Source of the DNA: Takakia lepidozioides
Lineage: Eukaryota; Plantae; Bryophyta
Reading direction: 5' to 3'
Assembly: GCA_030704615.1 (NCBI GenBank)
Contig: CM060734.1
Location: 47,926,001-47,990,000, forward strand
Length of the DNA stretch: 64,000 bases
How positions within the stretch are numbered: the first letter of the stretch is position 1; each line of letters starts with the position of its first letter. Below the pieces are notes generated by a model that ran no database searches, was not told where the DNA came from, and saw nothing but the letters and a program-made list of their open reading frames with translations. Shown piece after piece: positions 12,751 to 24,077 of this stretch. The position numbers were made by a program, and so were the translations under genes.

Positions 12751-14018
12751 ATGGACAGGGGTGTCCAGAGGTGGGCTGTGAATGCCTCTGCATGGGCGCC
12801 GTCCCGGCGCCAGTTTGATTTCTGTGTTGGTCTCTTGCCCCCGTCGGAAAGGTCCTCCGTGTTGAGGTCCGTGCTTTCGCATCTTCGCTTTTCTTTCTAC
12901 TAAAGAGCTGCAGTGAAGAGACATATAGATTCTTGGGGGTTTAGGGTATAATCTCGACGACAAACGATCGACTGTAGACGTTGGAAGTATGGAGTGTCTG
13001 CACTGGAAAACCAATGAAATGCAAATTTTATGAATGCCTTATGCAGTGGTGCCTGTCAATTGTTTGACGGGCTGCGGAAGCAGGTTAATAAATCTCGAAG
13101 ATCAGAAAAAGGCTCTGATTAGTAGGTTGCTGCAGCGGAAGCTGGTGCAATCTCTTCTCGGTATTGATTATGACAGTATAATTATTGAACGCACCAGAGA
13201 AGGCAAGCCTTACTTGGTCTCTCTCTCACTCTCTCCTCCCCATCACTCATAACGGCAGAGTTCCACCAGGCCTTGTCATTTCCAACTTTACTGTCCTCAT
13301 CGAGTCAGCTAATTGCTGTTGATTCTACTGTTTACAATATGAAGTACCTTCCTACGTGTAGCCGGTATTGGTAATTTCCCCCAAAAATATATGATCTCTG
13401 CTCAACTACATGCCCGAAAAGTACCTTATCAATTTTCACTGATAATCTCCTTACAGCACTGATCTAGTGCGGACTGTATGTGCCTTATGTATTGGAAAGT
13501 CTCAAGATCATCTCATGGGTTCATTTGGAAACAGACCCGTTGTGCACAGGTGAACAAAGTGGAGGATAGTAGCTTTCCAAACTTCAACTTCAACGTGAGC
13601 CACCATGGTGATTATGTAGTTTTAGTGTCGGAACCTCTTTGTCTGGTGGGTGTGGATGTCATGACCCATGACCCCCGCTACAAGGAGCCCCCGGCTGAAT
13701 TCTTTCAAACATTTTCATCCTGCTACACTCAATTACCACCTAAAGCGCTTTTGTCATCAAGCATTTTCTATTGATTGCTGTTCATCTACCATGATGTGAT
13801 CAAGTATGCGCATTCTTGACACATTTTTAAACAGGTTCTGGTGTATGAAGGAAGCTTACATCAAGGCAGTGGGAATTGGGCTTGGGTTTGAGCTGCAAAG
13901 GGCTGAGTTCTACTACCAGGGTGGAAACATAGGGGGTAATCTGGCTCATTTGTGTATCGATGGGAAGGAGAAACCAGATTGGCAGTTTTATCTGCACAGA
14001 TTGGGCACTCATCATTGG
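12751..14018 (+). pseudogene. Sfp/AASDHPPT-type 4'-phosphopantetheinyl transferase, probably disrupted
   Basis: Exons 12751-12866, 13084-13216, 13550-~13735 and 13835-14018 carry RTREGKPYL, FNFNVSHHGDY, VGVDVM and FWCMKEAYIKAVGIGL. Exon 3 loses similarity after CYTQL and reads to a TGA at 13772-13774 with no obvious donor. No terminal exon was found. Confidence 0.8.
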
Positions 14019-14129
14019 GTAAGTTTCAGACTGTAAGTCATGGGTTATGGTGGGTGTGGAGACAAATAACAGATATTTCAGGCAATCATGTTATTGGCTA
14101 GGGATGATGAGTTACCCCACTAGTTCTGT

Positions 14130-16510
14130 CATGTTGAACTGGGTGTGTAGTATACCCTGACAAGAAATAGAAAATAGTGACTAAGTAGCTATTTTCTAAG
14201 TTTCAGAAAGGTGTATCATTCATCATGATAGTCAAGTTCTTAATGGACAGGATTATCAAGCCAGATTACTTTTCCAGCAAATGCCAAAGGAACTTGCTGT
14301 CCATACCTTAGAAGAAAGCATGACAAGCCATCAACCTACTGATAGTTTTTGAATTCCAAACACTTATGCTCAGAAGTCAACCCTCATTTAGAAGGTGTGG
14401 AAGAAGAAAGTCATCAGACATCGACCACTCATAGCTATCAAGGCAAAGGTGATGCCTTCCCTGGATCCATCACAGCCAACCAACAAACCAACAGGTTAGT
14501 GATCCCTGTGGAACCCCAGGTATATGGCCTCACCTAGTTGTTAGCCATGTCCACCATGAGAGACAAAGGAGATGGTCCTATGTCTAGATGACAAGCATAG
14601 CATTGCATCCTTATAACAACAAGATTACTGCAAAAGACATAGTGAGGAAAACCTGTTTGTTCAGCACTCACCTGGCTGGTTCTTGAGGAAGAGGCCATTG
14701 TCATCAATCTTCTTTGTCCCCCTTGAGGCTTCCCTCCTTGAGATAAGCAGACTGAGCTGCTTCTCTCCTTATGTACACTCTTGGAGTGTGGAAGGTGCAG
14801 GGGAAAAGAGGTCATGCTCATTTAAGGGCCACCACCGAGGACCTTACAGAACTAGATAGGAGGTAGTGATATTTTCCCGAGAGCCCCCAAAATTAAAGGA
14901 GGTCTCTAGCTGGCCATGACAGGTGTCACACCCATTCTTACTGTCAAGAATCCTAATTCCAAAGGATCTGCATCATTGGCGTTGTGGACATTTTGGGCAG
15001 AACAAGAGGAACAGACACTACCTTTGTGAGGGGACAGAGAGAATGTACTCACAAGACGCATGTTGTAGCCTTGTGGCCTTGAAGGTTTGGGTGGAACAAG
15101 AGGGAACAGCGATATTAGCGATTTGATATAAGCGATTTGTTCGGGCTTTCCAGATTTCCTCTAGAAAGCCCATCACGCAAGCATAAATCTGCTGTGTGTG
15201 AGCTGCTGAGAAATCAGGGCCAGGGCTGGACATATTCTATCTTGACATCTTCCCTCCGGATTTTTCTATGCACCACTTTCAAATTGAACCTTTCGCAGAT
15301 CACTTGGTATTAGGAATACCTTTTGATCTCAGCAGTCCAGGCAAGAAAGTGGTCAGAAGTACCAATATTGGTTCTATCACCAACACTTTGGCACACTGAA
15401 TACAGGAGTGGTCAGCTTCTTTGTGTGCAGGCTATGTTCCCTTGTGTAAACTTTGGGGATTGGCATGCCATTGAGCCTGCATATCCTTCAATTGCTTGAT
15501 TGGTCACTGCATGCAAAGTCAGGTCTGAATGACATGATCTTCTTGCATAGGCCTTTGTGACAATCAGACCTAGGCCAAATTCCTCATCAGATCAAGTACA
15601 TAAATGTGAAACAACATAGATCTGAGACTTAGGGTTTTACCCTGGATGATCCAAACACATCTTGATCTCCAAATAGCCCAAAAGGTATGAGCTCTCAGAC
15701 ATCCCCACACTGGGCACCTGATTATAGGGCTGCCATGTCTAATGTTAAGCAGCAAGAGGGAGGGGGGACTAGAAAACAGGAAGAGTTTCCTAGTTGGAGT
15801 AAAAAGTAGTAACTAGGAACCAATCTGTTTTTTCCTTGGGGCCTGTCACCAGGCAGTGTTCCAAAGATTCATGGTTTCCTGAACACATAGCACAATCCAA
15901 ATCATCAGCTCTCATGAATACATTCACAGGGAGAATCTGGTGAGCAATCTTCCATAGGAAGGCGGTGAGCTTATAAGAAGCCCGATCTTTGCGCCAAATT
16001 TCTTTTCAAATTATCTGAGTCCAATTGACTTCACTCTGCAGAAGTGAGCCCCATTTGTTCACCCATTTACTGAAGAAGGATTGGGGTGGTGAGAGAAGAG
16101 AGTATCCAAGCTTGACTAGTATGCTACAAAAAAGGGGGAGCGAGCCCTATCCATCTAGTACCATTCCCCCGGATTGAACTGCAACCCTGCAAGTGGTATT
16201 GACAAAAACCAATTGAAGTGCGAGTGCTAGGCCCAATGACTGGCTTGCCCAGTGGTGGCATTGGATGAGGCTTCCCATAAACACAATCAATGACTCTAAT
16301 CAAGAAGAGACCCGCTTTGGCTAAGCTTCTTTCCCCTGGGAGAGCCATACCCCCCGCTCTAAGAACCTTGAAACCAAGGCCCGTGGCACTGTCTTCATTA
16401 TTTGACCGTCTTCATTATTTGACCAGGACAAGGCCAAGAGATCAACCATGTTTGGAGATCTCTAGTCTTGTTACCAAACCAAGCTGGCAGGGCCCATTCC
16501 CTATGTAGTA
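14130..16510 (-). mobile_element. Highly degenerate non-LTR (L1-like) remnants
   Basis: Fragments such as WGCLRAHTFWAIWRSRC resemble the L1 ORF2 C-terminal region. There are many stops, and the boundaries are approximate. Confidence 0.4.
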
Positions 16511-17064
16511 ATGTCCGAATGTAGAGCCGGATCTGAGAAATAGTGCATGCACTACAACAGAAAGTGGGTCTTTTGACTCTCTGTTTGACTCGTTTTTGAG
16601 TTGTTTGTGACACTTTTATTGTCACCCTCTATAGTTAAACTGGTCTCTGACACGTAGTGACAATGGTCAAGTCGTTTCAGTCAAGCAGTCAAAGTGGTCT
16701 GACAGGTTCTGACAATGAAATGTGACAGTAAAACAGTGGGATGTATGACGTGGAATAAAGTTGTTTGACTACAGTAAAATAAAGTAAACTGATTTTGGAA
16801 TATATAATGAAATTATCCACTGTTCTTGTTGAAAAATTACGATATGTAGTAAAGTGAAATACTACATACTTCACTGGATGGTGCTTTACAATAGTATGGT
16901 TTACAGGTTCTACTATATTATGACTGTATTTAGTTGATAATAATTGACTGTATGCAATGAAGTTTAGTATAGGGATTTACTATGAATTAAATTGGGACTG
17001 TTGATACATTGACTGTGTATAGTGCAAGGTAATAGGAAAATCGATAATAGGAAAATCGCCAACC

Positions 17065-17990
17065 TGTCGGATCAGCTCTGGCCCTCAGACGCTGCCTTAT
17101 GGGAACCCTCATACGAAGGTTCGAAGGGGGGCACGGCAATACTTCTCTCTCCATCTCTCAAACCCCTCCTTTTAGCTGAAGAATCGTGGATGCCAGGCAT
17201 GATCCAATTTTGCTCTCTCAAGCTCCCAAACGCCCCTGAAGCCATAGGGTTCATTAACATCTACGCTCCTAACATAGTAGCAGAACGCTCATCCTTCTGG
17301 CAACTACTAAAAAGATTGCAACCCATCCTACTACTCTTTTTTGGGTGATGGCAGGGGATTTCAATATGGTTGAGAACGAAACTGATAGAATAGGATCAGG
17401 TTCCAGCCAGCTCACCCAAGAAGAACAAGGACATTGGGAGGAATTGCTTCAAACACACAATTTCACCGAGATCGATCATCCACCAGCCCACCATGGGGGG
17501 CTTAACCCTGCCTTCACGTGGACGAACAACCGCTCCCTCCAAGACATCGGCATGGCTAGGCTAGATCGCATTTATGTCACCCTGGATATCTCAAACGGGA
17601 CCTCCATTAATCCCCAAGAACCAATAGCGCAAGGTTTTGATCATTCCTATGTTTCTGGCATAGTCTTTATGCCAAACGTAAGAAAGAAATATAGGGGCAT
17701 TTACAAGCTCAACTCCAGCCACCTTTAACTTCAGTCCTTCAAGCAGGGGCTAAAGAATGCATGGTCTCAAAACGGAAACTGGATTCAATGCCCAATCCGA
17801 AGATTTCAAGCTAAGCTGCTGGCAGCTAGCAAAGAAAACCAGATCATGAGTAGACAAATTTCGAACAAGCACAAAATGAATTCGAATGATGATTCAAATG
17901 ATCGCATTCTTGAAAGAGAATGTGATGCTCTCACAACGTCAGCTATCACAATTGAAAGGGAATTTGCAGCTCTCACAACTTCAGCTAGAT
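17065..17990 (+). mobile_element. L1 LINE ORF2 APE-endonuclease fragment
   Basis: Motifs GSKGGTAILL, INIYAPN, GDFNMV, FTWTN, ARLDRIY, DHS and YKLNSSHL; frameshifted. Confidence 0.85.
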
Positions 17991-18419
17991 CACATTAACC
18001 GCAAGTGTTTTTTGTCTTTCTTCGTCACCCCCTCGAACCTGGTTCCAACTTTCCGTTGCTTCGCCCAACGAGCACTCGCCTTTCTTTCTTTCCTCTTCCA
18101 CACCCTTTCTAGGTTGATTGACGCTGATGCGAGATGCCTCATGACCAATTTCCGTATCCTCACTAATCATGTCACCCACTTCTGTATTCATATTCATCTC
18201 CTGCACATCCTCTCTCTCCCTCCTCTCCTCCCTCCCACGACGCATCGTTGGCAATTGCCGCTCAATGTACTTTCTCAAAGAAACCATCTTTTGGCGCCGA
18301 TACTTAGGAAAACTCTTGAACAAATACTGAATTGCTCCATCTATGTCGCGAAGTTGGTGCTTCTGTCCATACTCTTCCAACCTATTCTGAAGATGGGGTT
18401 CAAGGGCCTCGCGCCTCAT
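17985..18419 (-). pseudogene. Fragment resembling an NVL/CDC48C N-terminal domain
   Basis: LQNRLEEYGQKHQLRDIDGAIQYLFKSFPKYRRQKMVSLRKYIERQL resembles the recalled nucleolin-binding N-domain pattern. No AAA domain follows. Confidence 0.3.
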
Positions 18420-21400
18420 TCCGCTTTCTCAAGATCCCGCTCGACATATCTTCTCCCACTCTGCTCATATCAGTGTTTTGTTTGCTGCTTCTCCCTCACC
18501 ATCTCCCTCAGCGACGACAGCCCCAAATTCAGCAAACCCTCAAGGAACATATTGCCACGTGTGATAGTTCTGACGGAGGTAAGGAACCTCCCGACCTTAG
18601 GTAATATTTGTCGGAAATCAACTCCTTACCAAGTTATTATTACTCAGAGTTACTGTGATGACAAGTTAGACTACAATAATATATAGTAGTGCTGACAAGT
18701 CACAGTTGACCTTACTTATAATTCTGTATTTAAAATTGATAGTATGTTTATAATGTTCTCGATGTGCAGTTCTGCAAATATGAATGGAAGCTTGATGGCA
18801 TAGGCTTAAATGATGAAAATCATATATACTTGTGGAAGTTGGGCATATATTTGCATGTCATGCGTGCATTTTGTCAAGCAATACTGCACAAACAAACAAG
18901 TGTAGTATCTTCATGACAAAGACTCGATGCAATGGCCACGATGTAAGTTCAACTTCTACCCGAATCAGGTAATTCCTTACTGTTTATTGAGTGACTGCAT
19001 GGACTACATGTTGTATGAATTTGATACACCTAGGATGTCAAATGTCGAATGTAGGCCGCTAATGTGGAATGAGTTTGTAAAACAATATTGATTTGACATA
19101 CAATTATCGTTTGAGCAACAATATCCATTCAACATGTGTATCCCATCATGTTCAATCGACAATCAGGCTGGTCAAATAAACCCTCTTTTTGGTGTTGTGG
19201 ACAAGGATTTCCTAGCTGCCATCATGATAAAACATGAAGTAGTTGAGGGTAGATTACAATATATATACCTCTTGTGGATATAAGCCACCCAAAGGATTCT
19301 TTCAAAAGACAACATAAGTGAATCATGTGGCCATTCCAAATAGTAGATGTCACCCCTTAGTCTACGAGTGACATACATTCTTTTCCCACAATGATTTGTA
19401 GCAAAGAATTGTACACACAGTCATTCATCCAAACTTGAAAACTGAGTCCATGGATGTTGTTTTAAATGAAAACTCAGCCGCTGCCATAGATGAAAATTGA
19501 CAACTGAGTCCATGGATGACGTTTTAAATGGATATTATTTTTGGATATTATTTTCTGTTTTATATTTTATTTTCTAATTTAAAATCAAGTTTTTGTACCC
19601 ATAGGCACTTCTATAGAGATTTCTGAAAATTAGGCACTTTTGAAGAATTGTTTTAAAAATTAGGCACTCTTGTCAAAAATATATATTTTTGATTAGACAC
19701 TTTTTTTTCGAATTAATTTCTGCCTAACCGGCTATCCCACTACGGTATATTGTTGCTTTAGCCAGCTGGTGTTAGAGTATATGTATATATGTACATATAC
19801 ACAGCCAGACTCCAGAGCTAGCCTAAATAAGAGCCTCTTTGGACAAGACGGCCTCAGTTCTCTTATGGTAGTATCAGCTGACTGTAGATTCCAGGGCCTC
19901 GGTGCCTTGGTACCTCAGCTTCTTTGGACTTTCTAGGCTGGCTCTTGGATCTTTGTTTGGTTTAGATGTAGCCTCTCGCTACATTTATTCTTCTGGCTTA
20001 GTTTGCTCATCTTGGGCTAGCTTCTTTCTTTCTCTTCTTCCCTGTCTCGAAGCTGTGACTTCCTGAATCAGCCTCTATGGCACTTTCATAGAGGTTATTT
20101 TTCCTCTTTGTATCTCAGGGACATTTGAGATTTCTGCAAATCATTCAATTGGGACTCCGACCAGACTTGAATCTTTTCATTTGGGCATTGTTAGAATCTA
20201 GGAATGCAAGAGAGATCTTGCCATGGGCAAAGGTGGGTAGAGCCGCATGGTCTCCGTTACTGCAGCGTGTAAGTAAGTCAGCGTCGCCACATTCTCGAAT
20301 GTTAGGAACTCAGCAAATGAACGGAAGGATTCTTCCGGTGTCTGATTGCCCTCCTTCCCTGCCAACCATGCGTAACAACTGTGAGACGATATCTGGAGTG
20401 ATTAGACCTGTGGAGTCTCACACATGTATGTGTTGCAACACACGAGTTTGACCACCTCTGGACATAAACGCTTTCGAAGAGCGTCTTCTCTGTTCTAGTA
20501 GCAAAGCTCTTCGGAGTCACAGACATCCACCTGGGAGTATTCTTTCAAGAGCATATCAGCTTCAATTCGTGTCCACGGACAGCTTCGTGAGAACCTTCAA
20601 ATTGCAAAATCTGGGACCTGAACACACATTCACCTGGCTTTGAGCAACGTTTCTCCAATGCGGAGAGCTCTTCACGAATCTTTGCAGTCACCTCTGGGTG
20701 ACGATACAACATGAATAACCAGCTCAGAGCGCCGGCAGTTAAGGACGAAGTTGATCATGATATCGCGAAGAGTTCTGTTGTCGAACCGACTGTCCCCCTC
20801 TGTGCTCAGCTTCAGAAATCATTGACAGCAGATCATCTTTCTCCTGCGACGAGCAACAAACATTGCAGAAGTACTGGGTCAGTGCGTCGTCTTGCATATT
20901 TCACGTCTATGCTTAGATATCCCTAGACACGATATTAGTGGTAATCTCTTGACAACTCATCTGGATTCAGTTGCAGTTATCTTACATGTGCTCAACGGTG
21001 TGATCCATAACTCCTAGCCGTCGGTGATGAACAACTACACTGAGAACGCTGGCCTACTTCATTGACGTGTTCCATTCCCTTTCCCTCCGGTAGTTCTGCC
21101 CTCACTGTTTGGATGATATCGTAGGCAAATTTGTCGAGCGTTTCGACAGCCTTTTCATCTTTTTCTCTCGTCCAACTTGGAGGAACCGCTTCAAATTCCA
21201 GAATGGATCACAAACCGAAGAAAGGAACAGACACTAGCAATTTCGAAGCTCTTGGCAACGGGAAGGTCCGGCAGTGACGGCGACAGACAACCCAGGTCAA
21301 CACCAAAACCCACTTTCACGGTTGTGTCCATTGTCATCCGCTCCATTACATCCTGTTTCCCAATTGAGAGGCCGCACCTGCTTGTGAGAATTCCATTCCA

Positions 21401-23724
21401 CTTCGGACAGCCCACTGCAAAGATTATAGAAACACAAACATTCCGAACCAGAAACCATCATCATAAACTCTAACTATGGGCCTTCAGCGAATGTACCTGC
21501 AGATTGATCTGAGATTTGGGTGAGCGGGCTTTCTCGAGCAGTATCGAAGCCACTCTCACCGCATACTCTCTGAAGACGGTGGTACTGAAATCGCGCAACT
21601 GGAGGACGCAAACTCAATGGCTGCCAACCTCCGCTGTTGCCGCCAAAACTCTCCATCTACGTTGAAGATGCCTTGTCCAAAAAAGTCGTAGTTGACGGCA
21701 CCGACTAGTGGTCCCTTCAGTTCATGACATGCATCCAGATGAGGAGAATCTCGTCAGCTGCATCCCTGATGCAGTGCTGAACGAGGTACGAGGCTTCTAG
21801 TATGGGTGAACCTCCCTCACACAGCATATTATACTGCGAGCCAAAACTAGACTAATCATAAACCCCATACTTCGACATTACCACATACATTGCAAGTACT
21901 CTCAAGAGCTGCACACGGAACCCACAGATTCTGTCATTGGTACGATTGTGTGCACCTAATGTATACATTGCACAGACAATGTCACTCCCACAGGTCTCGT
22001 ATTCCTTGGCGCGGTCGTCCTTCAGGGCGTCCAAGCTCCAGCTGCACCGCGCAGATCATCGCACATCACTAGTACTGCTTCGGCATCAGTACCGGTACGT
22101 TCTTGAAAGCCTCTCTTTCAATGACGATCTAGCCAAACGTATCCACCCTCACAAGCACGATCATATTCCTTCGCCATATCTTCTCCCAATCCTCGTCTCG
22201 TGTCGCTGTTTGTGTGACCCAAGTGCGAGTAGCGTTTACTACAGTAAGCAAACTCCCTCCACAGATTAGCTGACTGGCTCTGCGGCAGATCATGTTGGAG
22301 TTCCCGTTGTCTGACCCTGACAGGGCCAGAATTTCGAGCCAAAGCAAATTAGGATTTGAGGCCTGCACATGTCAGATCCTAGTATCTGGTGCAAATAAAG
22401 TCGACCCCCCTGTGCCTTCAGCATGGCCCCAACTCATTTGCTTACTTTTTCCCGCACTGACATCTGAAAAAAGGCTTTGGCACGATCATGCTCCGTTTCA
22501 TCACACCTCCATATACAGCAATGCACCCCCTAATTAGCCCTCGAACTAGATCGCTCTACATATAACTCTCAGTGTTCCAATGAAACCAAGACTAGAAAAG
22601 CTCAGCTGGCAATAAAACTTGCAAATAGCTAGTTGTCCTTGGAAGTTCACATGTGTTTATGACGAACTTACTCACAACGAACATGATATGAGTTGAGCTG
22701 CAGCGATCACCGACCTGTAACATCGACTGAATTGAACTGATTTAAACGTTCTTCTTGGCTTGCAGCAACCCTTCGAATAACAGCAGCAACCTGGATTCAA
22801 TGTGCTTGCAGAGTACGTAATAAGCTCCTTGCTACCAGGGCGAACCTTTTCAAGACATATGGCAGGATCAGCATGACTGTACACTCAATTGCATTCTTGT
22901 CAGATCTTAAGCTGGGTCATAACATGAAGATTCCCCCCCCCTATATATGGGGTATACATCTGTGACATACCGTAGACCTCCTCCCGAATGGAAGTCCCTG
23001 GACCTGCCCCAACGATAGGGCTGCATTTGATGCCTCCGTGTGATGGGGCCAGTTGGGCCCCAGCGAGTATTTGGTCCTTTGGGGTCCGTCAAAGCCTTGA
23101 CATGCTTCCTGGGCGTTGGCGCACTGCTGCCAGTATATGACAGAGAATTGACTCAGTTTCACCCAAATGTGGCGTGGTTGGCAAAGATTAACATTCCATT
23201 GCTGCTCAATGCTGTCGCCAGCATGCCCCTAGCGACATTTGCAAATATATCCTCATGGATCGTTGTTGGCGCTGTCAACTACATGGTGTTTCGATTTCAG
23301 AAGCTATGGTGATAGTAGAGATACAACTATGTTTGTTGCTCTACATTTGTTTTGGAAGTAAGCCAAGATTTGATTGGTGGGGGACACAAATTGATCAATG
23401 CCCGCTGCCGTCATGCCCAATCTCCCCTGGAGTTGTTGTCAAAGGCTGTCCGGTGTTGTGAATTACGCTATGTAGGTAGCTGTATCATGGCTGACTGGGC
23501 TTTTCTGTGATAAGCACAAATGAATAGGTGAGTTTTGAAGAGCACGTCAGAGGATACACACGTTACACATACGGATAAAGTAATCAGAAATTTACACTAG
23601 CGTTTTCACAGCAGTACATCTTCTAGGAATTCACGACACTTTAACATCACCGAGCACCCAAACTTTCTAGATAGTCTCAAATTCTCACTCTACCCTCGGA
23701 CTAGTAGTGCAAGTTAGGATTACT

Positions 23725-23885
23725 GGGAGGGGGCCGCGCGAACGCGAGCCCCCACTGCCACAAATTACGACGTGCATGCCCCCCGTAGGGAGATGCTAGA
23801 GTCACCTGTCCCGGAGTGCTATGGGACAAGCTCTTCTAGGCCATCGACCTTATTGATAATCGATAGACCCCGCCCAGGTAAGTAT
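23725..23885 (-). ncRNA. U1: U1 snRNA (variant loops)
   Basis: 5' ATACTTACCTGG, base-paired stems I-III, Sm site AATTTGTGG and terminal hairpin GGGGGCTCGCG-TTCG-CGCGGCCCCC; ~161 nt. Confidence 0.95.
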
Positions 23886-23907
23886 GAGACTTAGTGCAGC
23901 GAGCCGG

Positions 23908-23953
23908 TTTATATACCACAACTCTAGCCAGTTTTGGGCAATCGATATGGGAT
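23908..23953 (-). promoter_or_regulatory. snRNA promoter: USE + TATA
   Basis: USE-like ATCCCATATCG at 23943-23953 (consensus RTCCCACATCG) and TATATAAA at 23908-23915 (-30 to -23). Confidence 0.8.
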
Positions 23954-24077
23954 AATTGGGCACCGCAAATAATGTACACTCCTATGGTTAAAAGCGTTTT
24001 ATGTGGACACCGTCGCTTTTTGCTAACCTGATCGGGACGGGGAGGTCGTCTCTCTCGCTCGCAGGGTGTGGGTGGCG

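Noticed and set aside
17886-18686. 266-aa + strand ORF
   Set aside because: Mostly the antisense of the purine-rich 17985-18419 ORF plus the L1 tail.
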